Assembly: GCA_963727455.1 (NCBI GenBank)
Contig: CAVSGG010000005.1
Location: forward strand, 32,001 to 96,000
Reading direction: 5' to 3'
DNA: 64,000 nucleotides
Source of the DNA: Candidatus Krumholzibacteriota bacterium
Lineage (GTDB): Bacteria; Krumholzibacteriota; Krumholzibacteriia; JAJRXK01
The position numbers were made by a program, and so were the translations under genes. The notes under the pieces are model-generated. The model saw only the letters and a program-made list of their open reading frames with translations, was not told where the DNA came from and did not search any database. Below are positions 40,465 through 50,106 of the stretch, one piece after another; positions within the stretch are counted from its first letter, which is position 1; each line of letters begins with the position of its first letter.

Positions 40465-40920
40465 ATGCGTCGAGGCCTCTTTCTGCTCTCGTGCCTACTG
40501 TTGTTCGGCATGCTGGTGCCAGGGTCCGCTCGGGCCACGCGCTCGGAGATGTGGAGTCTTCCCACCTATGAACCGGCACGTTGTCTGACCTGCCATACCT
40601 CTTCCGAGAGCGCACTCGACAACGATCCCTCTTTGGCAACGCAGTTGAATCCTTTCGGAGTCGACTGGAATTCGCTCGGTCGCGTCTGGGGCGAACAGAT
40701 CGCCAAGCGTGACAGTGACGGTGACCAGTGTATCAACGGTGCCGAGCTGGGCGATTATACCGGGACGCAGTGGACGGGTCCTTACGTGGAGGATCCGACT
40801 CGCAATGAACAAAACAGCAATCCCGGCGTTGTCGACTGCACCCGTGCCTCGATCAACGATCGGAGCTGGGGTATTCTCAAGGCCGTGTTCGGAGAATCGA
40901 ACAAGTTCAAATACCGATAA
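40465..40920 (+). CDS. Small secreted protein with CxxCH motif, temptin-like DSDGD segment and C-terminal SWG-x-LK tail
   Basis: Signal peptide (…SARA); CLTCH; LNPFG.DW......W....AKRDSDGD...NGAELGD; ends SWGILKAVFGESNKFKYR. Confidence 0.75.
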   Translation: MRRGLFLLSCLLLFGMLVPGSARATRSEMWSLPTYEPARCLTCHTSSESALDNDPSLATQLNPFGVDWNSLGRVWGEQIAKRDSDGDQCINGAELGDYTGTQWTGPYVEDPTRNEQNSNPGVVDCTRASINDRSWGILKAVFGESNKFKYR

Positions 40921-41002
40921 TTCATCTGGGTGCAAACCCTTCTTGTCTCAGCCGACCAGCTTCGCGCTGGAGGCGTGTTTTTTTGCGAGGTGAAGCAAGG
41001 CG

Positions 41003-42292
41003 ATGCAGACGGTACGCGTTGTTCTGGGCGGCCAGTGGGGGGATGAGGGCAAGGGGAAGATCGTGGACTGCCTCGCGGCGGACGTGGATCTCGTGGCGCG
41101 CTTTCAGGGTGGCGCCAATGCCGGCCACACCGTGAAAGTGGGAGACCAGGAGTTCGTACTTCATCTGCTCCCCACCGGAGTGCTGCACGAGAGGGTGCGC
41201 TGCTTTCTTGGAGCGGCGATGGTGGTGGACACCTGGGCCCTGCTGGATGAGCTGGATGAGCTGAAGAAAGCCGGGATCGATGTGGAGGATCGAGTTCACA
41301 TCGCCACCTCGGCCCATTTGGTACTGCCTTTTCACCGTAGGGTCGACGAGCTGCGCGAGAAGAGCCTTCAGCGCAAGAGCATCGGCACCACCGGCTGCGG
41401 CATCGGTCCCACCTACGAGGACAAGATGGCGCGCATGGGAATGCGTGCCTCCGATCTCCTTCGCACCGATGAGAACCTGAAGCGCTTGGTGATCGAGAAA
41501 GTGCTGCGCGCGAATCAATACATTGCGGCTCGCTTCGAGGCCCCGGCCTTGGCGGCGGAAGCCCTCGCGGTCGAATTGGTGGAGCAGGCCCAGCGTCTGC
41601 GACCGATGATCAAGAGCCCCTACGAGTTCATGGCACCCGTGCGCAACGGCGCCTGGAATGCGCTCTTGGAGGGGGCCCAGGGCACCCTCTTGGACATCGA
41701 TCACGGTAGCTACCCCTTCGTGACCTCCAGCAGCTGTACTGTGGGAGGCGCTCTGATCGGCACTGGGCTTTCGCCGTGGCGCATCAGCGCGGTGACCTTG
41801 GTGATGAAGGCCTATTGCACACGCGTCGGGAATGGCCCGTTTCCCACCGAATTGCACGGTGACGAAGCCGAGGAGTTGCGCCGGCTCGGACACGAGTTTG
41901 GTGCGACGACCGGTCGTCCACGACGCCCAGGTTGGTTCGACGCGGTTGCCGCCAGGTACGCGGTCGATATCAATGGCGCCACCGAACTCGCGCTGACGAA
42001 GCTGGACGTCCTCAGCGGGATGGAACGGATCAAAGTCTGCACGGGGTACACCATCGACGATGAGCCGGTCGATTCCTTCCCCGATGACGCCTTGCGGCTC
42101 GAGCGTTGCAAGCCACGCTTCATCGAGCTCCCCGGCTGGGAGGGCGAATTGTCCGAAGCCAAGAGCTTCGAGGACCTTCCGGAGAATACCCGCGGCTACA
42201 TCAAAGAGCTGGAGAAGCTCACGGGCTGTCGGGCTCGCTACGTCTCCACCGGGCCCCAACGCGATCATTTCATCGATCGCGGCGAAGCCTGA
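41003..42292 (+). CDS. purA: Adenylosuccinate synthetase
   Basis: QWGDEGKGK, GGANAGHT, IGTTG.GIGP.Y.DK, EGAQG, TRVG.GPFPTE, GATTGRPRR. Confidence 0.97.
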   Translation: MQTVRVVLGGQWGDEGKGKIVDCLAADVDLVARFQGGANAGHTVKVGDQEFVLHLLPTGVLHERVRCFLGAAMVVDTWALLDELDELKKAGIDVEDRVHIATSAHLVLPFHRRVDELREKSLQRKSIGTTGCGIGPTYEDKMARMGMRASDLLRTDENLKRLVIEKVLRANQYIAARFEAPALAAEALAVELVEQAQRLRPMIKSPYEFMAPVRNGAWNALLEGAQGTLLDIDHGSYPFVTSSSCTVGGALIGTGLSPWRISAVTLVMKAYCTRVGNGPFPTELHGDEAEELRRLGHEFGATTGRPRRPGWFDAVAARYAVDINGATELALTKLDVLSGMERIKVCTGYTIDDEPVDSFPDDALRLERCKPRFIELPGWEGELSEAKSFEDLPENTRGYIKELEKLTGCRARYVSTGPQRDHFIDRGEA

Positions 42293-42447
42293 AAATTTGC
42301 AGATTTCCAGCTTTGTTCCCACAGGCGGAGGGACAGTCCGCCCTCAGGACCTCATTCGCGGCACGACGAGAAGCAACTCGACTCCACCGGGTTGCGATGC
42401 CCTTTTGGCACGTATCCTGTTCTGCTGCAATTTGAGGTCTGAAATCG

Positions 42448-43362
42448 ATGCACTGGCTCTACTGGATTACTCTCGCTCTCGCGATCGCGGCTCTCGGATC
42501 CTACGGCTTCCAATTCTGGCGGCGGCGTGGACGACTCGAGGCTCTGGCGCGGCGGCACCACATGCATCGCCCCAAGGGAGGCGAGTTTGAAACGGTCCTG
42601 AAGACACTCCCGGAAAATTGGACGAATGCCGGACTGCGAGACATCCTGGTGGGCACCGATGGGAGTGGACGTTACTTCTCCGCACGCAAGGGGTGGGGGG
42701 GAGAGATGCATGAGGTGTTTCTCGTCGAATTGAGTCAGCATACCCCCGCACGGGGACTTCAACTGCAGAGCAGACGAAAGAAAACCGACTCGGCCAGCTT
42801 GCACATGGGCTGGAATCTGACGCCGGAGCAAGCCCTGGATGCGACGGCACGCGAAGTCGTGCAGCGGGTACTCCGCGAATTTGCCGCCTTCAAGATGCAT
42901 CACCCCAGACCGCAGATCTCCTTGGAAGTGGGGGACAAGGGTGCGGTTCTCTACGCGCCGGCAGCAGGGGAGGAGCAGCGAATGCAATTCATTGCGGCCG
43001 CGCGCGTTCTGCGGGGAGATCTCCTGCACTGCCTCTTCCGACGCGCTTCCATCAGCACGAACCCTGCTTCTTCCTCCAAGCCCGAAGAACCGGCCCTTCC
43101 CGAGATCGAGGAAGTCCATCCCGACATCGAGCGTGCTCTGGGCAGCCTGGAGGCCGAGCCTGTCGTGAGCGCCAAGGAGCTGTTGGCGGAGAAACCGCCT
43201 CCGCCCAAGAAGGGCTGGCAACGGGTGAACGGCAAAGAGGTCTTCCAGATTCCCGAGCCCGAGGACAGAGTCGTGGTGCTCTCGGCCAGTGCCTCGCACA
43301 CGAAAGCGATCAAGCCCATCAAGGGCGTGGATCAAGACAAGTCCAAGTTCTTCTTGCCCTGA
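42448..43362 (+). CDS. Hypothetical protein with N-terminal membrane anchor
   Basis: 304-aa ORF filling the purA-tRNA gap; hydrophobic N-terminus followed by RRRGR; no recognised family. Confidence 0.55.
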   Translation: MHWLYWITLALAIAALGSYGFQFWRRRGRLEALARRHHMHRPKGGEFETVLKTLPENWTNAGLRDILVGTDGSGRYFSARKGWGGEMHEVFLVELSQHTPARGLQLQSRRKKTDSASLHMGWNLTPEQALDATAREVVQRVLREFAAFKMHHPRPQISLEVGDKGAVLYAPAAGEEQRMQFIAAARVLRGDLLHCLFRRASISTNPASSSKPEEPALPEIEEVHPDIERALGSLEAEPVVSAKELLAEKPPPPKKGWQRVNGKEVFQIPEPEDRVVVLSASASHTKAIKPIKGVDQDKSKFFLP

Positions 43363-43405
43363 GTGCGCTTCGCGCTCGTCTCTTGCCCTATCCGAGTTCT
43401 CACGG

Positions 43406-43434
43406 TTGCCTGCACGGGCCTTCCTGGCTACACT
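43406..43434 (+). promoter_or_regulatory. Putative sigma70 promoter for tRNA-Lys
   Basis: TTGCCT-17 nt-TACACT followed by a GC-rich discriminator-like stretch. Confidence 0.5.
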
Positions 43435-43504
43435 ACCGGTCCGCCGCCGCCTCGAAAGCAGCGGCACCCCTCTGCAGTCTCGCACCCGCGAGGCAGTCTC
43501 AGGT

Positions 43505-43580
43505 GGGCCTCTAGCTCATCAGGTAGAGCAACGGACTTTTAATCCGTAGGTGCTGGGTTCGAGTCCCAGGGGGCCCACCA
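43505..43580 (+). tRNA. tRNA-Lys (anticodon TTT)
   Basis: Acceptor GGGCCTC/GGGGCCC, anticodon stem ACGGA-CTTTTAA-TCCGT, GGTTCGAGT T-loop, encoded CCA; 76 nt. Confidence 0.95.
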
Positions 43581-43601
43581 GGTAACTCTAGCGAGTTACC
43601 T
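43580..43601 (+). terminator. Hairpin immediately after tRNA-Lys
   Basis: Perfect 9-bp stem AGGTAACTC-TAGC-GAGTTACCT; weak U-tract. Confidence 0.4.
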
Positions 43602-43696
43602 AGCTTGTAGAATCGCCAGGAAAGCACCAACAAATGCGGTGTGAGAGTCGTAGCTTACTGACGGTGGCAAAGCGACGTCACTGGAGGGGGAAGAGC

Positions 43697-45469
43697 ATGG
43701 ATCGTGTGAAGAAGGCAGAATTCGGTGTTCTTCTGGCCCTACTCGCGATCTGCTCGTCTGTTCCGGAGACAACTTGCGCTGCCGCGGGTCCAGATGCGGC
43801 GTACTCCGAGTATGCGGGGATCTATCTGCACGGTCCGCTCGAGGTCCTGGAGGTTGGTGCGGTGGACGACTACCTCTCGGTGGTACCGCCATTCTGGGGA
43901 TCGAAGCCGTACTTCGTGAAGGACGGCGCCGAGACTTTCTCGATGGCATTGCCGCGTCCGGAGCCCGGTCGGACCGTAAGCTTCGAGCGTAGTGCCGACG
44001 GCACCGTCGAGGCGCTGCTGATGTCGGGAGTGGATGATTCCTACGACGGCAAGCGATTCGTAAGAAGCACGAAGGAAGGACTAACGCCAGGGCAACTCTT
44101 TCTCGCAAGAAAACCACATGAGGCCGCGAAAGCGGTGCTCGCCGATTCGTCGCTGACGGCAGACGATCTCTATCGCTTCGCCTTCCAGCATCTGCTTAGA
44201 CATCCTTCCCGACAATCCGATGCTGCTGTTTTCCTGCAGGACCTGCTGGTGGCCCATCCGAAGCACGCCAAGCTCAGCGCGCTCTACGCCTATAGTCTCG
44301 TCGCCGCTGGCCGTCGCAGCGAAGCGCCAGCGGCTCTGGAAATCGCGTTGCGGCTGGATCCACAGAACAGTATCGCCCAGGAAACGTACCGACGTCTCAC
44401 GCAGCGTGAACCGCCTCTAGGGGAGGGTTATCGCGCTGTTCTTCCCTTCTCACTTCAGGAAGCCTATGCGCCGCCGACCCGGGAGGAGATCAGAACAGTA
44501 CGACGTGCATGGGCGGAGCGGGACCTCTCAGCGAAGGACGTGGAGGTGGTCCAGGAATTCCAGCTAAAGATTCCGCAGGCAAGCTTCCACGTCGCCATGT
44601 TGCGTCATCAGGTCGATGGCAACGAACACTACGGGGCAGTGCTCATTCCCGAAGGTGCGGCCGGTCCCCTGCCGGTGGTCGTCGCGGCGCGTGGCGTGGA
44701 CTTCTACTACTCGCCGCTGGACATCTCCGAGGGCGTCGAGACGACGACGGCGCTCGGCGATGCCGCATCCAACTTCATGTACCTCATCCCGTGCATGCGC
44801 GGCAATACCATCATCGTGAACGGAATGGAGTTCAGCTCCGGAGGGGACGCCTCCGACGCGTGGGACGGCGCAACGGACGACACCCTGGCTTTTCTCAACG
44901 CGGCGCTGGAGACCTTTCCTCAGGCCGACCAGAGGCGGATTGCGATCGTCGGCAAAAGCCGCGGTGGCTCGGTCGCGCTTCTGGCCGGAGAGCGCGACCG
45001 CCGTATCAGTTTGGTCCAGAGCATTTCGGGCCCGACTGACCATTTCAAAGCAATGAATCCCTTCTATGGCTGGAGCTGGGCGGTTGTTCTCGCGGACGAC
45101 ATGCGGGACGAGGAGCCACCTTCCATGGAGGAGCGAGACGAGAGCAGCCAGGTGTTCGATCACTTCTTCGACCGTGCGCTGACGGAGAACGAAAATCTCG
45201 AAGACGTCCGCCAGCGAATGCTCGCTTCGTCTGCGCTGTATTTCCTCGAGAATTTGCCACGCACTGACGCTTACTACGGGGCGGAGGACCGGGCGGTGCC
45301 ACTGGCCAACGCTATTCGGCTCCGCGAGCGAGATGCGGCGCTCGGCAACTCTGGTCCCGATTTGACGGTACACATTTTCGACGGTCGAGGACACGACACG
45401 GACCCCTACCTCGTGAACCAGAGCATCAAGAAGCGACTCGTCCGCTGGGCAGGAGTTTCTGCGAGGTAG
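43697..45469 (+). CDS. Secreted TPR-containing alpha/beta hydrolase (S9 peptidase/esterase-like)
   Basis: ATG 43697 after GGAGG; signal-like N-terminus; TPR (ALRLDPQN); nucleophile elbow GKSRGG, G.ED..VP Asp, GRGHD His. Confidence 0.75.
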   Translation: MDRVKKAEFGVLLALLAICSSVPETTCAAAGPDAAYSEYAGIYLHGPLEVLEVGAVDDYLSVVPPFWGSKPYFVKDGAETFSMALPRPEPGRTVSFERSADGTVEALLMSGVDDSYDGKRFVRSTKEGLTPGQLFLARKPHEAAKAVLADSSLTADDLYRFAFQHLLRHPSRQSDAAVFLQDLLVAHPKHAKLSALYAYSLVAAGRRSEAPAALEIALRLDPQNSIAQETYRRLTQREPPLGEGYRAVLPFSLQEAYAPPTREEIRTVRRAWAERDLSAKDVEVVQEFQLKIPQASFHVAMLRHQVDGNEHYGAVLIPEGAAGPLPVVVAARGVDFYYSPLDISEGVETTTALGDAASNFMYLIPCMRGNTIIVNGMEFSSGGDASDAWDGATDDTLAFLNAALETFPQADQRRIAIVGKSRGGSVALLAGERDRRISLVQSISGPTDHFKAMNPFYGWSWAVVLADDMRDEEPPSMEERDESSQVFDHFFDRALTENENLEDVRQRMLASSALYFLENLPRTDAYYGAEDRAVPLANAIRLRERDAALGNSGPDLTVHIFDGRGHDTDPYLVNQSIKKRLVRWAGVSAR

Positions 45470-45495
45470 AATCTGGTACCACCGGGAGTACTGCA

Positions 45496-45675
45496 ATGAA
45501 GGGACGAATTGTCTTGTCCCTTGTCTGCCTGCTCATCGCCGGTTGTTCGGAGAGTACCGAGCCTGGAAGCGTCAGAAAGCCCGGACGCCGTACAGCGACC
45601 GGGCTCGTTGGTATTCGGTTTTTCGAACGTGGATTCGGTCTCTGCTCGAGTCCGAACCCCAGAGAGCAGCTCTAG
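45496..45675 (+). pseudogene. 59-aa lipoprotein ORF, probably a truncated remnant
   Basis: GGGAG RBS, MKGRIVLSLVCLLIAG-CSESTEP lipoprotein signal; remainder runs through the convergent gene's terminator; absent from the ORF track. Confidence 0.4.
45574..45605 (-). terminator. Rho-independent terminator of the 45672-46367 gene
   Basis: Minus strand AGCCCGG-TCGCTGTACGGCGT-CCGGGCT followed by TTCT. Confidence 0.5.
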
Positions 45676-46367
45676 TAGCGCGCCTTGAGGGAACCCCAGG
45701 AGGTCTCCTCGGAAGTGACCTCACAGCTGGGGTAGATCACGATCGTCGCCTGCACCACATCACCCCAGGCTCCGGTCGTAGGGCCATTGCCGCAGTTGTC
45801 GTACATGAAGTACGGGTAGTCCGCGGGTAAGCCCATTAGCTGGGTGGTAGCAACGATCGCTGCGTTGCTGATGGTGTAGGTCATGCAGTTGATATACCCG
45901 TCAAAGGCTCCAAAGACGGAGATATCACTGACGACCCTCTGCAACACTCCACCCACGTACATATGCGTGGAGGTCACTACCATCTGATCGACTTGAGCGG
46001 TGTAATCTTCATCACCCCAGGGTCCGGCCGCTGCGAACCAGAAGCTCCCGTTCTGGTAATGCGTCTCGTACTTGACATAGCCGGTGCCCGCGACGCGGGT
46101 ATCCGAGGTGAGGGTCGGGGGGGCCATGATCGACGGACAGGTCAGAGTCCATTGCGTTCCCAGACTGCTTCCGTCCCAGGATTGTGCGTTGATGGTGTTG
46201 CCGACCACGCCTTCATGGTAGGCGGGCGCCGGCCAGGATTCGCTGAAGTGACCCGGGAGCACTTGGCCCCCCAGATCGATGGTGTCATAGGTACCGACCA
46301 CTGGCGGTGCAGCGAGGGCCAGCGTCGGGAGAAGGAGGATTACGACGAACGGGACCAGTCGTCTCAT
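45672..46367 (-). CDS. Secreted hypothetical protein with C-terminal SWG-x-LK tail
   Basis: ATG 46367 after AAGGAG; signal peptide MRRLVPFVVILLLPTLALA; beta-rich, four Cys; ends ETSWGSLKARY. Confidence 0.8.
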   Translation of the reverse strand: MRRLVPFVVILLLPTLALAAPPVVGTYDTIDLGGQVLPGHFSESWPAPAYHEGVVGNTINAQSWDGSSLGTQWTLTCPSIMAPPTLTSDTRVAGTGYVKYETHYQNGSFWFAAAGPWGDEDYTAQVDQMVVTSTHMYVGGVLQRVVSDISVFGAFDGYINCMTYTISNAAIVATTQLMGLPADYPYFMYDNCGNGPTTGAWGDVVQATIVIYPSCEVTSEETSWGSLKARY

Positions 46368-46491
46368 GAACAGCTCCTTTCGCGGATTGCGATGATCTCT
46401 CGATCTAGTCCGATGAAGGACCATAGTGGGACTCGGGACACCAAGTGACCGCACCGTGGAGCCTGGCGATGGGACCTGATGAACCAGGGTC

Positions 46492-46520
46492 AGTATAGAA
46501 GTTCCAGATCTTTATGTCGA
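46492..46520 (-). promoter_or_regulatory. Putative sigma70 promoter for the 45672-46367 gene
   Basis: Minus strand TCGACA-17 nt-TATACT. Confidence 0.55.
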
Positions 46521-46839
46521 GTATGTTTCTGGGAAGGAACGACCAAGTAGGGCACCCCGTCACCTAACGCCTCGATCCCACCATCCACCGTCCAGGAGAC
46601 GAGCCAATTCCCCGGGTTCTCGAATACGAATCGACTTGCGTGAGAGATCGAGGATCTTGCGGCGCTCGTGAGCGTTCAGCTCGCGCGAGAGTGTATGCAG
46701 AGCCGTACAGGCTCCGGGAGCGCGGCCATTCGGCGCTGCAGCCGAGTTCGCGACAACTTTCTGGGCCCGTTTCACGTAGGAAATATTCGTCGGGAACGAT
46801 CCTCAGCATGACCCTCGTAAAGGATTGAGAAGTAAGAAG

Positions 46840-48108
46840 ATGAACCTAGGCAGAATCCTGAAGAAAAAAATCGTGCTGATCGGCCTCGCGGTCGTCGTCC
46901 TGGGCTCTCTGGCCGGATTCATGGCGATCCGCAAGGGTGAGGAACCTCCCCAAACGGTGAAGACGGCCAAGGCCTCACGGCAGAAGATCATCCAGAAGGT
47001 GAGCGCCAACGGGAAGATCCGCGCGCGGACCGAAGTGAACATCAGCGCCGACGTCAGCGGCAAGATCACCAAGATCCATGTCAAAGAAGGCCAGGCGGTC
47101 AAGAAGGGCATGCTCCTGGTGGAACTCGACCGGGAGCGCTACCTGGCGGCGGTGGAGAACGCTGAAGCCTCGGTACGCTCGGCAACTGCGAACTCGAAGC
47201 TGGTGCATGAAAATGTCCTGAAGACCAAGCGAGAACTGGAGCGCGCTCAGGGCCTCATGGACCGCAACCTCCAATCGGAGTCGGAGTACGAAGACGCCAA
47301 GTCGGCCTATCAGATCGAACTCGCGCGTTACGCCTCTACACAGGACCAGGTAGAGCAGGCCAAGGCCACCCTCAAGCAGGTGAGAGACGACCTCTCCAAG
47401 ACCATGATCTACTCGCCGATGGATGGAACGGTGAGCGATCTGCGCAAGGAGGAGGGCGAGATCGCCATCGGTTCGCAGTTCCAGGGTGACACCATTCTGG
47501 TCGTATCCGATCTCACCGAGATGGAAGCACGTGTCAACGTGGATGAGAACGACATCGTGTCGGTCAAGCTCGGACAGGAAGCCGAGATCGAAGTAGACGC
47601 GCTCTTGGGACAGAAGTTGAAGGGCGTCGTGTACGAGATCGCGAGCAGTGCGAACGCCACCGGTGAGGGCACCACGGAACAGAAGACCGAATTCGAGGTG
47701 AAGATCAACATCGTGGATCCCGATCCGGCCTTGCGTCCAGGCATGACGGCCACTGCGGATATTCTCACCAAGACCAACCCCAACGCGCTTAGCGTGCCCA
47801 TCCAGAGCGTGGCGGTGCGCACCGTCGATCAGCTCAGGGCGCCGGGAGAAAGTCGGGCCGAAGCCGAAGAGAAGTACAAAGCTGACAAGGACGGCTTCGT
47901 GGAGATCGTCTTCTGCATCGAGGACGGCAAAGCCATGGCCAAGCAGGTGAAGACAGGAATCCAGAGTGATGAGCTCATCGAGATCCAAGATGGCCTCAGC
48001 GAGGGAGATGAAGTGGTGACCGGCAGCTATCGGGCCATTTCCAAGGACCTGAGCAACGGCGATCTGGTTCGAATCGATAACGACTCCAAGGCGAGCGACG
48101 GAGCATAG
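46840..48108 (+). CDS. Periplasmic adaptor / membrane fusion protein (MacA-like)
   Basis: N-terminal [45 protein letters not shown]. Confidence 0.9.
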   Translation: MNLGRILKKKIVLIGLAVVVLGSLAGFMAIRKGEEPPQTVKTAKASRQKIIQKVSANGKIRARTEVNISADVSGKITKIHVKEGQAVKKGMLLVELDRERYLAAVENAEASVRSATANSKLVHENVLKTKRELERAQGLMDRNLQSESEYEDAKSAYQIELARYASTQDQVEQAKATLKQVRDDLSKTMIYSPMDGTVSDLRKEEGEIAIGSQFQGDTILVVSDLTEMEARVNVDENDIVSVKLGQEAEIEVDALLGQKLKGVVYEIASSANATGEGTTEQKTEFEVKINIVDPDPALRPGMTATADILTKTNPNALSVPIQSVAVRTVDQLRAPGESRAEAEEKYKADKDGFVEIVFCIEDGKAMAKQVKTGIQSDELIEIQDGLSEGDEVVTGSYRAISKDLSNGDLVRIDNDSKASDGA

Positions 48109-48110
48109 AG

Positions 48111-48851
48111 ATGAAAGCGGTGACCGGAAACGGCAATGGAGTCGCTCTTGCTCTGCACGATGTCGAGAAGACTTACGTGATGGGGACGGAGAAAGTCCAC
48201 GCCCTACGCGGCGTCTCGCTGCAGGTGCGCAAGAACGAGTACGTGGCCATCATGGGGCCCTCGGGCTCGGGCAAATCCACTCTGATGAACGTGATCGGCT
48301 GCCTCGACGTGCCCACCAAGGGTAACTATACGCTGGAGGGGCAGGCGGTCGCGGATATGACGCAGTCTGAACTGGCCGAGATTCGAAACCTGAGGATCGG
48401 TTTCGTGTTCCAGACCTTCAATCTGATTCCACGCGCGGACGTCTTTCACAACGTCGAACTACCTCTGATCTACGGGGGAGTGCGCAGCCGGGAGCGACGT
48501 GAACGAGCGGAAAGCGCCATCGCGCGGGTGGGCCTGAGCGACCGCATGAAGCACAAACCGAACGAACTCTCTGGAGGTCAGCGTCAACGCGTCGCCATCG
48601 CGCGCGCCATCGTTCTAAATCCCTCCATCATTCTCGCGGACGAACCCACGGGAAATCTGGACAGCAGAACCGGTGACGAGATCATGGCGATCTTCGACGA
48701 GTTGCACGCGGCCGGACATACCATCATCGTGGTCACGCACGAGGACTACATCGCCGACTACGCCTCACGATCGATCCGGCTGAAGGACGGCCTGGTTGAG
48801 AGCGATGAGGCCAAGGGGCGTAAGGCGATGGCCGGAGGCTTGATGTCGTGA
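48111..48851 (+). CDS. ABC transporter ATP-binding protein (MacB/LolD-type)
   Basis: [38 protein letters not shown]. Confidence 0.93.
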   Translation: MKAVTGNGNGVALALHDVEKTYVMGTEKVHALRGVSLQVRKNEYVAIMGPSGSGKSTLMNVIGCLDVPTKGNYTLEGQAVADMTQSELAEIRNLRIGFVFQTFNLIPRADVFHNVELPLIYGGVRSRERRERAESAIARVGLSDRMKHKPNELSGGQRQRVAIARAIVLNPSIILADEPTGNLDSRTGDEIMAIFDELHAAGHTIIVVTHEDYIADYASRSIRLKDGLVESDEAKGRKAMAGGLMS

Positions 48852-50098
48852 GAGGCTTGCGCATGGCCTTGGACCTCCAGGAGTCCGTCCGTATCGCTTT
48901 CGGCGCGCTACGCGCCAACAAGGCGCGCGGAGCGCTCACTACTCTGGGAATCATCATCGGCATCGTGGCTGTCATCACCACCATGACTGCGGCCAATGGT
49001 CTGCGGAATACCTTCCGTGAGAGTTTCTCCTCGGTGGGGGCGGATGTGCTCTACATCTCGCGCATGCCCTGGGTCATTCAGGACGACTTCTTTCTTTACC
49101 GGAACCGGCCGCCGATCGACTACAAGGAGGCGCGCGAGCTGGAGAAGCACCTGCGCGGCTCCGCGGTAGCCAATCCGACCATGAACGGGCGGCAGGACAC
49201 CAAGTACCGCTCGGAGAGAATGGATGGAGTCACGATCATCGGAACCACTGAGAAGCAACTGTTGGTCTCGAATGCACAGCCGGCCGTCGGCCGCTTCATC
49301 TTGCCCTTCGAGGTGAACTACAAGCACAAGGTCTGCGTCATCGGCAACGACGTGCGCAAGGGCCTTTTCGGTGAGGTCGATCCGCTGAACAAGGAGATGA
49401 AGATCGGTCGCACCACCTTCCGCGTCATCGGTGTGATGGAAGAGCAGGGAGGGGGAAGCTTCTTCGGGGGCCCCAATTTCGACCGGCAGATCTACATTCC
49501 GATCACGGCCTTCGTGGGTGCCTTCGGTGGGCTTCACGGACGACAGGACGTGAACATCGCGGTAAAGGCCCCGAGCGAGGCCGCGATGGGCGACCTCGAG
49601 TACAAGCTCATCGGAGAAATGCGCAAGCTCCGCGGTCTGCGTCCCACCGAGAAAGAGGACTTCAGCATCAACCGCTTGGACACTCTGGTGGGCGCCTTCA
49701 ACAACGTCATGGGTGTCGTGCTCTTGGTGGGTCTCTTGATCACGAGTATTTCGCTCTTCGTAGGAGGAGTGGGGGTGATGAACATCATGTTCGTGTCCAT
49801 CACCGAGCGCACCCGCGAGATCGGCATTCGCAAGGCCATCGGGGCAAAGCCGCATAGCATCATGCTTCAGTTTCTCTTCGAGGCGGCCGTGATCTGCCTT
49901 CTGGGGGGTGTGATCGGCATCGTAATTTCAGCTGGGGTGACCGTTGCCATCAACGCCTCGCTGATGCCTGCGAACCTATCGCTGTCCATTCTCTTTATCG
50001 CGCTGGTGGTGGCCGTGAGCGTCGGATTGCTCGCAGGATTGGTCCCCGCCTGGCGCGGTGCGCGGCTCAACCCGATCGAAGCTTTGCGCTATGAGTAG
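48848..50098 (+). CDS. MacB/FtsX-type ABC permease
   Basis: [43 protein letters not shown]. Confidence 0.92.
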   Translation: MRGLRMALDLQESVRIAFGALRANKARGALTTLGIIIGIVAVITTMTAANGLRNTFRESFSSVGADVLYISRMPWVIQDDFFLYRNRPPIDYKEARELEKHLRGSAVANPTMNGRQDTKYRSERMDGVTIIGTTEKQLLVSNAQPAVGRFILPFEVNYKHKVCVIGNDVRKGLFGEVDPLNKEMKIGRTTFRVIGVMEEQGGGSFFGGPNFDRQIYIPITAFVGAFGGLHGRQDVNIAVKAPSEAAMGDLEYKLIGEMRKLRGLRPTEKEDFSINRLDTLVGAFNNVMGVVLLVGLLITSISLFVGGVGVMNIMFVSITERTREIGIRKAIGAKPHSIMLQFLFEAAVICLLGGVIGIVISAGVTVAINASLMPANLSLSILFIALVVAVSVGLLAGLVPAWRGARLNPIEALRYE

Positions 50099-50106
50099 GT
50101 GAATCC

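Noticed and set aside
40922-42322. 466-aa minus-strand ORF
   Set aside because: Antisense shadow of purA.
46560-46828. Short ORFs and a possible ECF-type promoter (GGAAC...CGTAA) upstream of the MacA-like gene
   Set aside because: ORFs lack coding features; the promoter spacing (18 nt) is longer than typical, so it is unsupported.
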